From positions 474,092 through 494,091 of the forward strand of contig NW_008246093.1 in assembly GCF_000281045.1 (NCBI RefSeq): a DNA stretch of 20,000 nt. The letters run 5' to 3'. Each line of letters begins with the position of its first letter. The stretch's first letter is position 1. The stretch comes from Saprolegnia diclina VS20. Its lineage: Eukaryota. A program made the position numbers and the translations under genes. The notes under the pieces were generated by a model. That model was not told the DNA's origin, did no database searches, and was given only the letters and a program-made list of their open reading frames with translations. Positions 9,409 through 20,000 of this stretch are shown piece after piece.

Positions 9409-9480
9409 GGTCCCATGGTGTAAACGGCAGCACTCCGGCCCTAAGGCCCGGCAATCCGGGATCGAAGCCCGGTGGGACCT
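9409..9480 (+). tRNA. tRNA-like gene B (66/72 identical to A, nominal anticodon TAA, C33)
   Basis: GGTCCCA-TG-GTGT-AAACGGCA-GCAC-T-CCGGC-CCTAAGG-CCCGG-CAAT-CCGGG-ATCGAAG-CCCGG-TGGGACC-T, followed by CCTTTTTT. Confidence 0.75.
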
Positions 9481-9482
9481 CC

Positions 9483-9488
9483 TTTTTT
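9483..9488 (+). terminator. Pol III oligo-T terminator of tRNA-like gene B
   Basis: TTTTTT begins 3 nt after the discriminator base. Confidence 0.65.
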
Positions 9489-9609
9489 ATAGATTAATTC
9501 ACAACACTAAAGTGTTATTTCTGCATCGCAACAGAAAATATTATATATATGAACGTGTTCCGCGTTATCTTCATTATGACACAAAGACTTCGCATACGTA
9601 GCGCTACGC

Positions 9610-9775
9610 CTGAATGCGTGGGAGTTAGCACTTGGTCGTTGGGAGTGAGCTGCGTACGGAGAGATCCATCCCGTGGTGGACCCCACTCGCCGAGTCATAG
9701 CTCGCGCGAGGTCGTACGCAGGCTCCTGTACTCGGACCACCCGACAGACGAGTATGTCGTCACCCATATCCAGCC
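9610..9775. ncRNA. Candidate structured ncRNA (long stem ending in two hairpins)
   Basis: Nested complementary segments TGGTC/GACCA, GAGT/ACTC, GAGC/GCTC and TGCGTACG/CGTACGCA enclose two tetraloop hairpins. It is intergenic and lies between tRNA-like elements B and C. Confidence 0.3.
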
Positions 9776-9804
9776 AAAATCAACAGACAATATTACGAGA
9801 AAAT

Positions 9805-9876
9805 TACCATCGCCGGGGCTTCGATCCCGGCTGCTTCCTCGCAACGCTCGTGCGTTACGGTTGACACTACAAGGTC
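9805..9876 (-). ncRNA. Degenerate tRNA-like element C
   Basis: GACCTTG-TA-GTGT-CAACCGTAAC-GCAC-...-CCGGG-ATCGAAG-CCCCGG-CGATGGT-AATTTT shares the D-stem and T-arm of A and B. The acceptor stem is imperfect and there is no proper anticodon stem. Confidence 0.5.
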
Positions 9877-9956
9877 GCAGTCGCTCCATCTCAATTGCAT
9901 CTCAACTGCATCCCACACAGCAAAACGGGACTGCTATCTTAGCCCTAGCCCTAGGG

Positions 9957-12900
9957 TTAGGCCATGGTCACGAGGAGGCCGTCTTGTGCGTAATGCATGT
10001 GCATGGGGAACGCGCCCACGTTGGCCGTGAGCGTTCCGTTGACGCGCATGAGCAGCCCTGTCGTCATCGTCTTGAAGAGCACCGAGATGAGCGCCGGGTT
10101 GAGCAGCGACGCGACCTCGGCGTGCAAGCACGAGCCTTCGACCGCACCGGGGCACTACGTATGTTCCGTCACACTCTGTACAGACGACAACATCTAGACG
10201 TACCAGAGGGATCTTGGACGAGGCGCCGCAGTTGGCCCCTTGGCAGCACGAGAGGCAGCCCGCCGTGTTCTTTGGCGGGATCACCATCGCCGCCATGTCC
10301 TTCGGGTGAAAGCGCGCGAGGAGCTGCTCGTAATACTCGTCGCAGACAAGGACGCCCGCTACAAGCGACTCGCATCTCGGCTCTCAGAGCCAAATAAGAC
10401 GTACCCGAATCTTTGCGCTGGGTCTTGCACGGATACAGCTCGAGGTCAACCGCCGTCACGTCGATCGTGTGGCCAAACGGGTTGCGCAAGACGAGTGCAG
10501 TCGCCACCGTGAGCAGGTGCAAGATCGACGGCGGGTACATGAACGAGCTAGCGACCAACGTCGGCGTCTCGGGAAACAGCATCGGCAGTGGCGGCACGGC
10601 CGTGTCGAGCGACAGCTGCGACAGCGCCGGCTGCAGCAGTGTCTTGTTGGAGCTCGCCGGGGTTCCATGAATATGAATCTACACATCTATCTATCAACTT
10701 GATACAAAAACCCACGATCAACCGTTTGCGGACGGCCGTGGGTGTAGTAGCCCGACACAAAATTCGACAAGAAGGCATCTGCGAGCGCCGCCGAACTCGG
10801 CGCAAGGAGAAACGACCCAGTCACAAGGCTCGATGCATTGCAACACGCAAGCGACACGTTGTGCAAGCGCGCCGACCCAAGACGCCCCTCTCCGTCGATG
10901 AAGACGTCCACGAGTATATCGCCGAGGGTCGCCGCCATCTGCGACGGGTTGCGCATGGCAATTGTCATCGACAAGTAGAGCTCCGACGCCGTACCTACGC
11001 CCCATAATCGTCCATATCGCTTCAAGCAGTACAAGGACCCTACCCCGCGTGATATCGACATTTTGGATCTCCACCGGACTGCCTGCAAGGCCGCCCATGC
11101 CTTGCAGCGCCATGGCGCCATTCAGTGGAATCCCCGAGAGCTCAAGCGTGCCCATGGGCGTCACGGCCCGCGGCGACGCACCGTCTCCTTCCGCCGACCC
11201 ACTGGCAATCGAAAGCGACACGACGTCGGTTGCAAAGACGGTCGCAGAGATGAACGCCGCCATATGAGCTCTACCATCGCCATTCGAACGTCAGATGCAC
11301 AGCGTGCGCAACGTACCGAGACGTGGCGGGAATGCGCAGCGCCACTGCATGCGGCATCGCAATCTCGAGATGCCCCGCGCCCGGCACCAGCTCCGTGTAC
11401 GTGACAGCTTGACGAGGCAGCTGCATATGACCGACGCTTGTATTCTCAAAGACGAGGTCGGCGATCAGCGAGAGGTGGGTAATGTTGACGGGGAGTCGAA
11501 GCGCGTCGGGCATGGCGATGAGCGCCAACAGCGTCGCTTGCAGATGCATCTCGCCGTCGTCCGTGAACGCCACGTGCATGCGCGGACTCGCGAGGCTCTT
11601 GACAAGAGCAAACGATTTGTCAACGCCTGGAAACGTCGTCGGCAACGTAAACGACGTCAGTGCTTGCTGCAGCCTACGATCCCAAGGACGTAATTGGACG
11701 ATACGCGCTGCTTCTGTACCAAGGAACGTTCTGGGCGACGTGCGTGAGCTCGATCGCGAGCGACGATGGCTTGTATGCCAAGTAGTTGGAGAAGAAGGCG
11801 TTCATGGCCCGACTCACGCCGCCGTGCGCGTCCAAGTCCGGTTTCAGATGACCGGCGAGCGCGATCGCATTGGCCCCGGGCGCCATCGCAATCACGCCCG
11901 AGACCGCCCCAAACGCTTCGTCACCCGCGCGCAACGTCATCTCGACCTCGCCCACCGGCATGTCGACGACCGACGGATTCCAAATCTAGCATCCGCACCA
12001 TCAGACGTCGATCCTAAGTACCTTGGAGCGTACCACACTCGTGGCCGAGAACACTTCGCCTTCCGGGGCGAGCACGCCCGGCATCGAAAAGTTGAACACC
12101 GACACATTCGAAAGACCGTCCATTCCCTGCAGTGGCGTACTGAGCACGAGCGGGATATCGGCCAAGTGGAGCGTGCCTAGCCATAGCCAAGTCGTCCACG
12201 CTGTCCATATCGAAGGCGAGGTCGCACCGAGGGCCCCCGTGGCGTGGACTGCAAAGCGTCCAGCGAGTGCCAGCGTGACCTACGATCGTTCCGTCAGCAA
12301 TCCTCCAAGACACAAAGCACTAGGAGCACGTACGTTTCGCGCACGAAGCATGCGCTGTACGAACGCGCCAAACGACTCGCCATCGCGGGTCAATACGAGG
12401 TCGGCCGCGAGGTCGAGATGCAGCTTGGTTTGGGCCACCAACACGTCATGAACGACAACCGACGTACTGGTCAAAGCACCGAGCACCGCACCCTATCCCG
12501 TACATCATTTTGATGGCTTCATGACAACGATGTTCATACCATCGCCACATCGGCGAGCTGCAGCGCCATCGTCATATTAGATAGCACCAAGGGCGAGTGC
12601 GGGCCGAGCGGGCTGTTGGCCGTCACCACGACACGGGTTTGTAGTCGCACCGTGCGCGCTACACTTGGTCATGAGCTCCTCTCTGGCATCGTGCATGGTG
12701 CATACGTCCCGTCGGCACGACTTGCATGTAATCGAACGCGAGGTCTGAGATAAGCGGCATGGGGTTAGGTGGCAGCTACATAACAACGCAAGTCGCATCG
12801 GGCAGTGTCAATAATGACGTGTACCGCGGAGAGGAGCGAGAGGTTGGTCAGCGCTGCATTGTACAGCGGGACGGACGTGGCGTGGGGCGAACAAGCCGTG

Positions 12901-14070
12901 ACGCCCACGGACGCGGCGCGGTCACTGAGGTATCTGCGGTCGTCTGTCAGCCATTGAAACTGCAACCGAAGCACTCACGTCGATATCATGGCACTGGTCA
13001 CGAGCGAGTCGGTCGAGACGATCGAGCCCGTGAGCGCAAGGTGGTTGTAGCCGGTGGGCCCAAGGTGTCGGCAGGCGCTGTCCGATGCGTCCGTCATCGT
13101 CACCTACAGACGTATTGACGTCATACGCGTCACTAGAGAGAGAGAGACGTTGAGGCTGGCGTCGCCCGAGATGCGCCCAATGTTGGCCGTGACGTTGCCC
13201 GGCGTCGTGTATGCAACGTCCAAACAGAGCGTGCCCACGGGTGTCAGTGCAGTCGCCGACGGGTTCAAGAGGCACGTCTCGATGTGTGCCATCACGCTCG
13301 TCTTCGTCGACGCCGTCAAGTCCATCTACACAGCGTGACGACGCAATGAGATGCTACGGGCATGCACCTGCGTGATTGCAAGCGTCGAGAGGCCGTGCAT
13401 CCCGGTGAGAATCATGGCTTTTTCAAGCGACAAGCCCGCGATCGGCACCGAGAAGAGCCCAAGGTGCACCGAGAGGTCCACCGTGCCCGAGAGCATCCAC
13501 GCGGTCGTGTTGGACTGCACCATCGCGGCAGCAAAGCGGCCCCAGACGGCCATGTCAGTCACCTACACGCCGATGAGACACCTCGAGAAGGTGCGTCGTC
13601 GTACGTTGAGCGTTGCATTCGCGATCGTGTGCAGCGACGTGCCATGCGAGATGTCCATCGATGGCGTCATGAACGAGCCAAAGATGCTGCCGTTAAAGTG
13701 CAGATAGAGAGTTGCCGCGGCCATTGTCGCTCCAAAGGGACTGCCCGACGCCACCTACACGCACCATCGTGCATCACCGTCCAAAACAAGCCTCGCATAC
13801 CTCGAGCTGCGTCGTGAGCTGCGCGCTGTGGGCGGCAGGCGACGCCAGCTGCATGCGGCGGATGGTCATGCCCGTCGTCGCGAGTGCATGCTGCGCGATC
13901 GGGCGGAGGCAGACAGCCACGCCAACAAGGAGCGCTGCCAGCAGCCCGAGGCCCACGACCAACTTGCGCCGGAGCGTCCATCGCTTCGACTGCACAGGCT
14001 CGTCGTGCTCGAGAAAGCCCGTCGCGTCCTCCAGTAGCCGCGTATCTTCCTCGTCGTCGGCTTGCCTCAT
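9957..14070 (-). CDS. Multi-exon single-pass membrane protein with repeated LEA_2/DUF3712 (Tag1-like) beta domains
   Basis: Start MRQADDEED at 14070; TM segment LVVGLGLLAALLVGVAVCL; in-frame GT-AG introns 13755-13800, 13563-13604 and 13326-13367. Recurring motifs: LLNPS/MRNPS/LRNPF, GANAIALAG/GYNHLALTG, and FFSNYL/FLSNFV. Ends ...YAQDGLLVTMA* (TAA 9957-9959). Not all internal exon boundaries were resolved. Confidence 0.7.
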
Positions 14071-14942
14071 CTTGTCAACTGCTCGAGAACACGCAAATAG
14101 TACAAATAGTGAAATAGTGTACGAAAACAATACCAACACTATATCGCGTTCCACAGTATATAAATATAGGGGTAGGGTGGTGCACCAAAATCGGTTTATT
14201 GACAACACGAATAAACACGTCACAAAAACTAGCGACACAACGCGTGTTGAAGGGAACAAAAATGGCTTTCCAGTAGGAAAAATCCTCATTTGTGTCGATA
14301 GAAATCCCAAAGTTTCCTATTTTTGCCGACTGAGACTGATCGTGACGCGCCCCACGGCAAAGGCCAAGGTCGAGCAACGCGCCGCCAGCCACGCAACGGC
14401 CCTTCCCTCGAAAGATGCAGCGGCCGATGCAGGTACGTGTACCCCCCAACCTCTCGCTTCCATGTCGTATCCCTTAGGTACTAGTGCCGCCCTCTGAGAA
14501 CGCGGTGAACACGAATGACGCGTTGTGCACGGGTTGAATCGACTCGAATGAGACAGTCCCTTCTTTTCAATCTAGCAAGCTAAGAAACTAGGTCGTACTA
14601 GCAACTAGCAAAGATGTTAGTTGGTTCTGGTACCATTTGAACAGAAGACGTACTGCATGCTATGAGCCATCGAGTTGCCCACCGGCAAGAATGTTCGACT
14701 CCAGTGCTCGTCGAACGGCTATGGACGCGTTGGAACACGTTGCCGTTCCGTGATGCCCACGAAACTGCAAGTGCAAAGTCTGATCTCTCCAAAGACAGCT
14801 GTCGACGAGGTTGTCTTGCGCCACCAACGGTATAGTTCAACAGGGATGCCGTAGCATGACGACCAACGCAGCACGATCGCGTCATGACTCTATCTTATCA
14901 ACACAGCCAGATCGTCTCTTCTATAGCTTCTATCAATATGGT

Positions 14943-16986
14943 CTACGAGTTGTCGGTGGCCCACACGAGCCGGTCGAGGAGGACCTTTTCCAGTACAATC
15001 CCATGCGCATCGGCTTCTTCGACGCACGTCCACGCCACGTCAATGTTGTCGCAGTCCAAGCACGCGTGGATCGCCGCCTAGCACAGCACCAACGTGAGGT
15101 CGCACGCTACGAGTACGCGCTTACGTGATAGACGATCGCATTGTCTTCGACGAGGCCGAGGCCGACCCAATCGAGAAACGCGCGCACAAACACCGTCGGG
15201 TCCTGGCGCTCTTTGCGGTGGGTTACAAAACACACCTACCCCCAATGAGTTCCCCTACCCGCATATGGCTAGAAACACGCACCGTAAACACGTCGGCCGG
15301 CAACGCCACTTCATGCAGCGCGCCGTACTCGAGCAGGCGGTTCAAGCTTAGCATGTCGTGCGCGCGCGTCACGTCGAGCGCAAAGTGCCGGAGCAATGAC
15401 GCCGGCACGACCATATCGGACGCCTCGAATATCTCAAACACCGCCATGGCCTTGCTACCGTCGTGCTCGAGAAAGTACGCACGGATGGCCTCCCGCTGCG
15501 ACGACGACGATGCCCGCAAAAGCGCTTCCAGTGCCTGCGCATGGCGCGGGTTGTCCATGTGCCTGGACTCGGTGTGTTCAAAGAGGTCTGTCGCGAGCGC
15601 AAAGTCCCCGGCGGCCAGCGACGCCACGAGGAGCGTCGGCGGAAGCTCCTTGAAGAGGCGTTTGTGCGTCGATGCAAGCGTGAGCGCCGACGTCATCGAG
15701 GTGCCGGCCCGCTGGCACGCCACGAGGTAGATGTCGAGCATGTCACCAAACGTCCTCGCCTCGGCGGTGGCCGCCAATTCGAGAAGCGCCAGCGCCCTGG
15801 CTTCGTCTGCGCCGAGTAGAACCATGAGCTTGGGACCAAAGAGCTGTGCAAACTCCGCCCGCAGCGACGGCGTTGGGAGCGAGAGCGCCCACTCGGCAAT
15901 GCCGTCGGCGGAAATGGCGTGCGGCGGGCGGAGGCAAAAGGCGGCGACGGCCGGCGTCACCAGCGACTCGCCCGCCGACAAGAGAAAGACCACCTTGGCG
16001 CTCGTCGGTGTCAAGAGCTGCTGGAAGCGCACCACGAGCGCCCAGTCGCAAAGAAGTAGGCTACTACGCAAGCCCGAAATGATGACGTTGGGCGGCGTGT
16101 GCGTGAGCTTGTTGTGAGCGAGGGCTTCGAGGAGCAGCGGCAAGAGACGCGCGTGGTGGCGGCGGTGGCCTTCGTTGTACAGCCACGTCGTAAAGACGTC
16201 GGGCGAGAGGCGCCAGTCGGACCGACGCAGCACGCACCGAACAAGATCGTGGAGAAGCTTGAACTGATCCTTCTCGCTGCTCTCAATTAGATCGAGCGCC
16301 ACCATCGAGAGCGCGCTGGGCGCCGGCGACCCGCAGAACGGAAACTGCTTGATCATGACGTGCGCAATCGACGGCGCAAGCGCCTTCTTCCGATAGACAA
16401 AGTACGACACGAAGTGCTTCCACGTCTTGGGCAGCGAGAGCGTCCCGGGCAGCGCCGGCGCAAACTCGGTCAGCGCGTGCATGTGAACGAGCACATTAGC
16501 CATACCCGGCCGAATCTCACCGTCGTAGCACCCGTGCGTGTACAAGCGCAAGGCCTCGTCGTACGCCTTCATGTGCATGCACTGGGCCAAGAGCCCGGGC
16601 GCGCTGCAGTGCTGCTGCGTCGCAAGCGACACGAGCACGCGCAGGAGCCGCCGGCGATCGTCGAGCGTCGTCGCTGTCGTGGGCACAGCGTCCAGCACCG
16701 CCTTGGTGAGCGCGTCGGGCATATCGACGCGACACGTCAAGGCCGTCGCGAGCGCAGCATGCAGCGGCTCGGCGCTGTTCAACGACGCCGAAATGGCCGT
16801 GAGCACATCCGCCTTGGGCAGCGCCGTCATAGCTGGCAGCGCTGGCAGCGACGTCGGCGCAGGCTGCGCAGCGTCATCACCCTTGGACCAGCGCCGCTGC
16901 AGTGCGTCATAGAGCGACGATTGCGGCGCGAGCGTCGCGAGGCCGCGGCGCGCAGGCGTGGCGTCCACCGCCAGGCGTCGAAGCAT
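14943..16986 (-). CDS. Helical-repeat (PPR-like) protein with probable mitochondrial transit peptide, ~649 aa; exons 16986-15283, 15235-15125, 15077-14943
   Basis: MLRRLAVDATPARRGLATLA N-terminus. Two 47-bp phase-0 GT-AG introns extend the ORF to NAIVYHAAIHACLDCDNIDVAWTCVEEADAHGI (PPR-like); TAG at 14943-14945. Confidence 0.7.
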
Positions 16987-17419
16987 TTTTATGCAATGGC
17001 GCATCCGGATACGCATGCGCCTATTTGTGGCATGTGCCAAATTGAAGTTGTGCGACATCTGCGCGCCCACACTCCATTCTCCCGCGACGAGTCCCACAAC
17101 CACAAGCCGTGAACAACAACCGAGCCAGAATCTACATAGCCTATACTCACATAGCATTTATAATCTTGTTATGACATAGCTTCAATAGCGATGCACGACT
17201 CGTCTTTTGTCTGCCAAAAGACGTATATGCGAAGACTTCGTACGGTATGCTATGTACTGCGATCGCGACGCTAATAAATTAGTGGCCCGTACAATAGCAA
17301 ACGCTCGTGTGGGCACAGACTTTGTCAAGCAGCGTATTGACCAAGACCATAAATGTACTAGACAAGTGTATCGTGGCGCTAATTATATCTTCAACGCGGG
17401 AAAACACGAAGTGCGCGGC

Positions 17420-18817
17420 ATGGGCGCGTGCCTCAGTCGCGTCACCCTCGTGGGCCCGCAGTATTCGACGACCGATGGCATGCAAGCGCTCTTCCACTCG
17501 CTTGGGTTCACTGTGCACGACACCAACCGTCTTTACAACGCCTTTCTGCGGGCAGACGCAGGTGTCGTTCGCTGATGGCGTCACCTTTTCCAACGACGCT
17601 GTAGACAACACGGGCGGGCTTTCGTTCGTCGAGTTTCTCACTTGCTTTGGTACGTTGCCAACCCACTTGACCAGTAAAAGGACGATTAATGCACAGATCT
17701 CGACAATACCGAGTTTACGAAAAAGACATTTACGGTGCGTGCTCGTGCCGCCCCATGGCGCTCATGGTGTTGCCTGTAGATGATGGATGTCGATGGCAAC
17801 GGCGACGTGGTATCCCTGACGCGTCGACCGAGGTCGCTCGAATGACTGTTGTTTTTTCTAGGATTTTGAAGAATTTGTGCTCGCCATGTGGAATTTCTGT
17901 ACGATAAACAACTTGTCATGCAGCGACGACGCTGCGCGTAGGTCTCTTCTCCAAGGAAGCGCTCATTGGGTTCTCGTTTGGCCTCTACGACGAAGACGGC
18001 AGCGGCGAGATTGGCACGATGTCCAGCATAGCACCAAGGCTAAGGCTTGTGGTAGACACGCTCGAAGCCCAGCGCTGCCTGCGCGAAGTCTGGGGCGACA
18101 AGTGGCAGCACAATCCGCACGCGAGCACAATTAGCGAAAAGCTTAACCTCCTCGCCCACCTCCACGGCGGTCCATTATCGCATTTCTCATTCTATTGTGC
18201 TAAACCTTTATGACTAGGCTCGATTACAAAAGACCAATTTGTCAAATTCATGCATTCGCACCCGATTTTGCTCTTTCCCGCCTTTCAAGCACGAAAACGA
18301 CGAGCCTCCGACGCAATATAGTAATATTTGGTGTCTTGTAGGTCCAACACGAAATGATTGCGCGCATGTACGGCGAGTCGTTCTGGCGGCGCATCGAAGA
18401 CCAGCGCCAGGCGCACAAGACAAAGCCCGAGCCGTGGCCGACCGACGACGAGATTTTGGATCGCTTCAACGAGTACCACAACCAAACGATCTGTACATAT
18501 TGGACTCTATCTCGGGCGACACTCATCTTTGCTATCTAGTCAACGGCATTGAGCATGCGCCCCTCTCCGAGGGCGCGCCAGGTGCGTCACCTGACGTGCA
18601 ATCGGTTTGTCACATGACCCTAGTCCGCGACTACAAATTCAAAGAGTCGTTTCGAACCAAACAAGCCAGCAAGGGACCGGCCAAAAAGTACAAGAGCCCG
18701 ACTAAAATCGCAGTCGCCCCCGCGGGTCGAAAACCCTCGATCCGGGAGACTCTGCGGCAGCAATCGATGAAGCTCGCGGCCAGGATACCCAAAGGAGGAG
18801 CAAAAAAAAACACTTGA
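17420..18817 (+). CDS. EF-hand calcium-binding protein with MGAC N-terminus (calcineurin B/NCS-like), about 11 exons
   Basis: Spliced EF loops DADNTGGLSFVEF, DVDGNGDVDFEEF and DEDGSGEIDTLE. Introns include 17562-17604, 17650-17696, 17735-17779, 17810-17861, 18014-18055 (GC-AG) and 18289-18341 (GC-AG). HPILLFPAFQ-VQHEM...GESFW, basic tail, TGA at 18815-18817. Confidence 0.85.
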
Positions 18818-18825
18818 GAGCGTCG

Positions 18826-19995
18826 TCACTCGACGTGTAAATACTTTAACGCGTGCACGAGTCCATTCAACGTCATGTCCACGACGTGCGTTGGCGGCAA
18901 CGGGCAAACGAGCAACAGGTGGTACGCGCCAAAGCTGTGCACGTGGAGCGCGCCATCAAACTGTACACTGGAACTCGGCGGCAACATCGTCAGTCTACAG
19001 CAACCATGGGTTCTTTTGTAAATTGAAGAGGGATGCTGTACAAGCCAAGTCCGTCGAGGACGCGCATGAAGGCGCGTTGCATCGCATCGGAAACAAGCGC
19101 ATCGCCGCCGGCCCATCGCAACTTCCAGATTTGGCCAGCTACGATGCGAGTGAAATCATAGTACGTTCCAGCAGCCTAGCGAACAAGGTGTCGTCGATTC
19201 GTGCTGCACCTTGGTCGTTGCTTTGCGCTGGAGCCAAGTATGCCAGCGCCGGCGCCACCGTGAGCGTGCAGCGACAGAGACTGTCAAGGGTCCGACCTAA
19301 CACCCATTAAAGCGTCCCGGTAGAACACAAGAGGAAGAAGGTGCACCTCCAAAGCCTCGCTATCAAACGCCACAAGCGCGAGTTCGGCCGCCTAACGAAG
19401 CATGCAATTGAGTGGAGAATTCAGACCAAGCGCGTACATGGCGCTCACGGATGGTTTCGAGTACGCTCGAGACGGCAGCGTCGAGGGCCTGCACTATGCA
19501 CGCTTGAAAGTATGGGACTTGGCGCTACAAATGTAAGATGAAGCGATCAACTAGAAATGTTTTCGACAATAACCTTGCGGTCCATGGGCACGGCCTCGCC
19601 GGCGCCAATGACAGTCGCCATGTGTCTAGGAGCGACAAGTTTGGTCGAGTTTGCGACCAGCGGTACCTTGCGATCGCCAAATGTGTAGCGCGCGACGTCA
19701 CAATCACGAGAAGCCACTGCTTGGCGGGAACGGGCTCCAGGATATAGCGTTCGTCGGTCGTCTCAAAGTACTTGAGGTCGTGCTGCGACGGCGTCTCGAC
19801 GACCGATCCTACCGCGTTCTCAGGGTGGTTGCTAAAAACTTGGCGTGTACCGGCAAAGTTGTAAAGGGCAAAGAAGAGCGCCGCTTGGTTCATGTGAGAT
19901 TTTGCGGGATACTGCGTTTGGAAGGCTCTCGAGAGGGCTCGTGCGTGGACCAGAGTGCCACCGACAAGATCGACGACAAAGAGCCCGAGCACCAT
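18826..19995 (-). CDS. Multi-exon hypothetical protein with a longin-like N-terminus
   Basis: MVLGLFVVDLVGGTLVH...ALFFALYNFA...WLLVIVTS pattern followed by a GTACCG donor; probable last exon ...HLLLVCPLPPTHVVDMTLNGLVHALKYLHVE*. Internal exons are unresolved. Confidence 0.5.
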
Positions 19996-20000
19996 GTCGC

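Noticed and set aside
9051..9480. Ochre/amber suppressor tRNA-Gln pair (the loops contain TTA and CTA), implying stop-codon reassignment
   Set aside because: TTA and CTA lie at positions 33-35, one base off the anticodon register, and no 7-nt-loop stem centres them. Genes in this window end normally in TAA, TAG and TGA. It would only be revived by charging or readthrough data.
9123..9800. Known snRNAs, U3 or SRP RNA in the spacers
   Set aside because: No convincing U1/U2/U5/U6/U11/U12 signatures, U3 box A, or SRP helix-8 GNRA/AGCAG motif was found by eye; an Rfam search is still needed.
9900..9965. Telomerase RNA template (CCTAACCCTA)
   Set aside because: It overlaps the last codons of a protein gene, and a TTTT follows within about 30 nt on that strand, leaving no room for a TR core.
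14598..14885. 95-aa minus-strand ORF with a faint ankyrin-like AVSWASRNGNV segment
   Set aside because: A single weak motif with no repeat periodicity; it cannot be supported as a gene or pseudogene.

Overview
Gene-dense eukaryotic DNA with GC-rich exons and many 42-53 bp spliceosomal introns. The style and gene families point to a Saprolegniales oomycete (Saprolegnia/Achlya-like); this is inferred, not searched. Left to right: a 22-bp CACGTG tandem repeat and CCAAT promoter; a TIR/HET-like + TPR + Cys-rich Zn-finger gene; an ankyrin-repeat pseudogene apparently broken by an inversion; a putatively myristoylated pseudokinase; two tandem 2OG-Fe(II) oxygenases, one with a 1-nt frameshift; a ~830 bp non-coding island (9051-9876); a multi-exon membrane-anchored DUF3712/Tag1-like gene; a PPR-like mitochondrial protein; an EF-hand protein with two GC-AG introns; and a convergent longin-like gene. 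The island holds three tRNA-shaped Pol III-type elements with a shared ATCGAAG T-loop and aberrant anticodon arms, interleaved with foldable spacers. It is the least explained part of the window and the best candidate for something undescribed.
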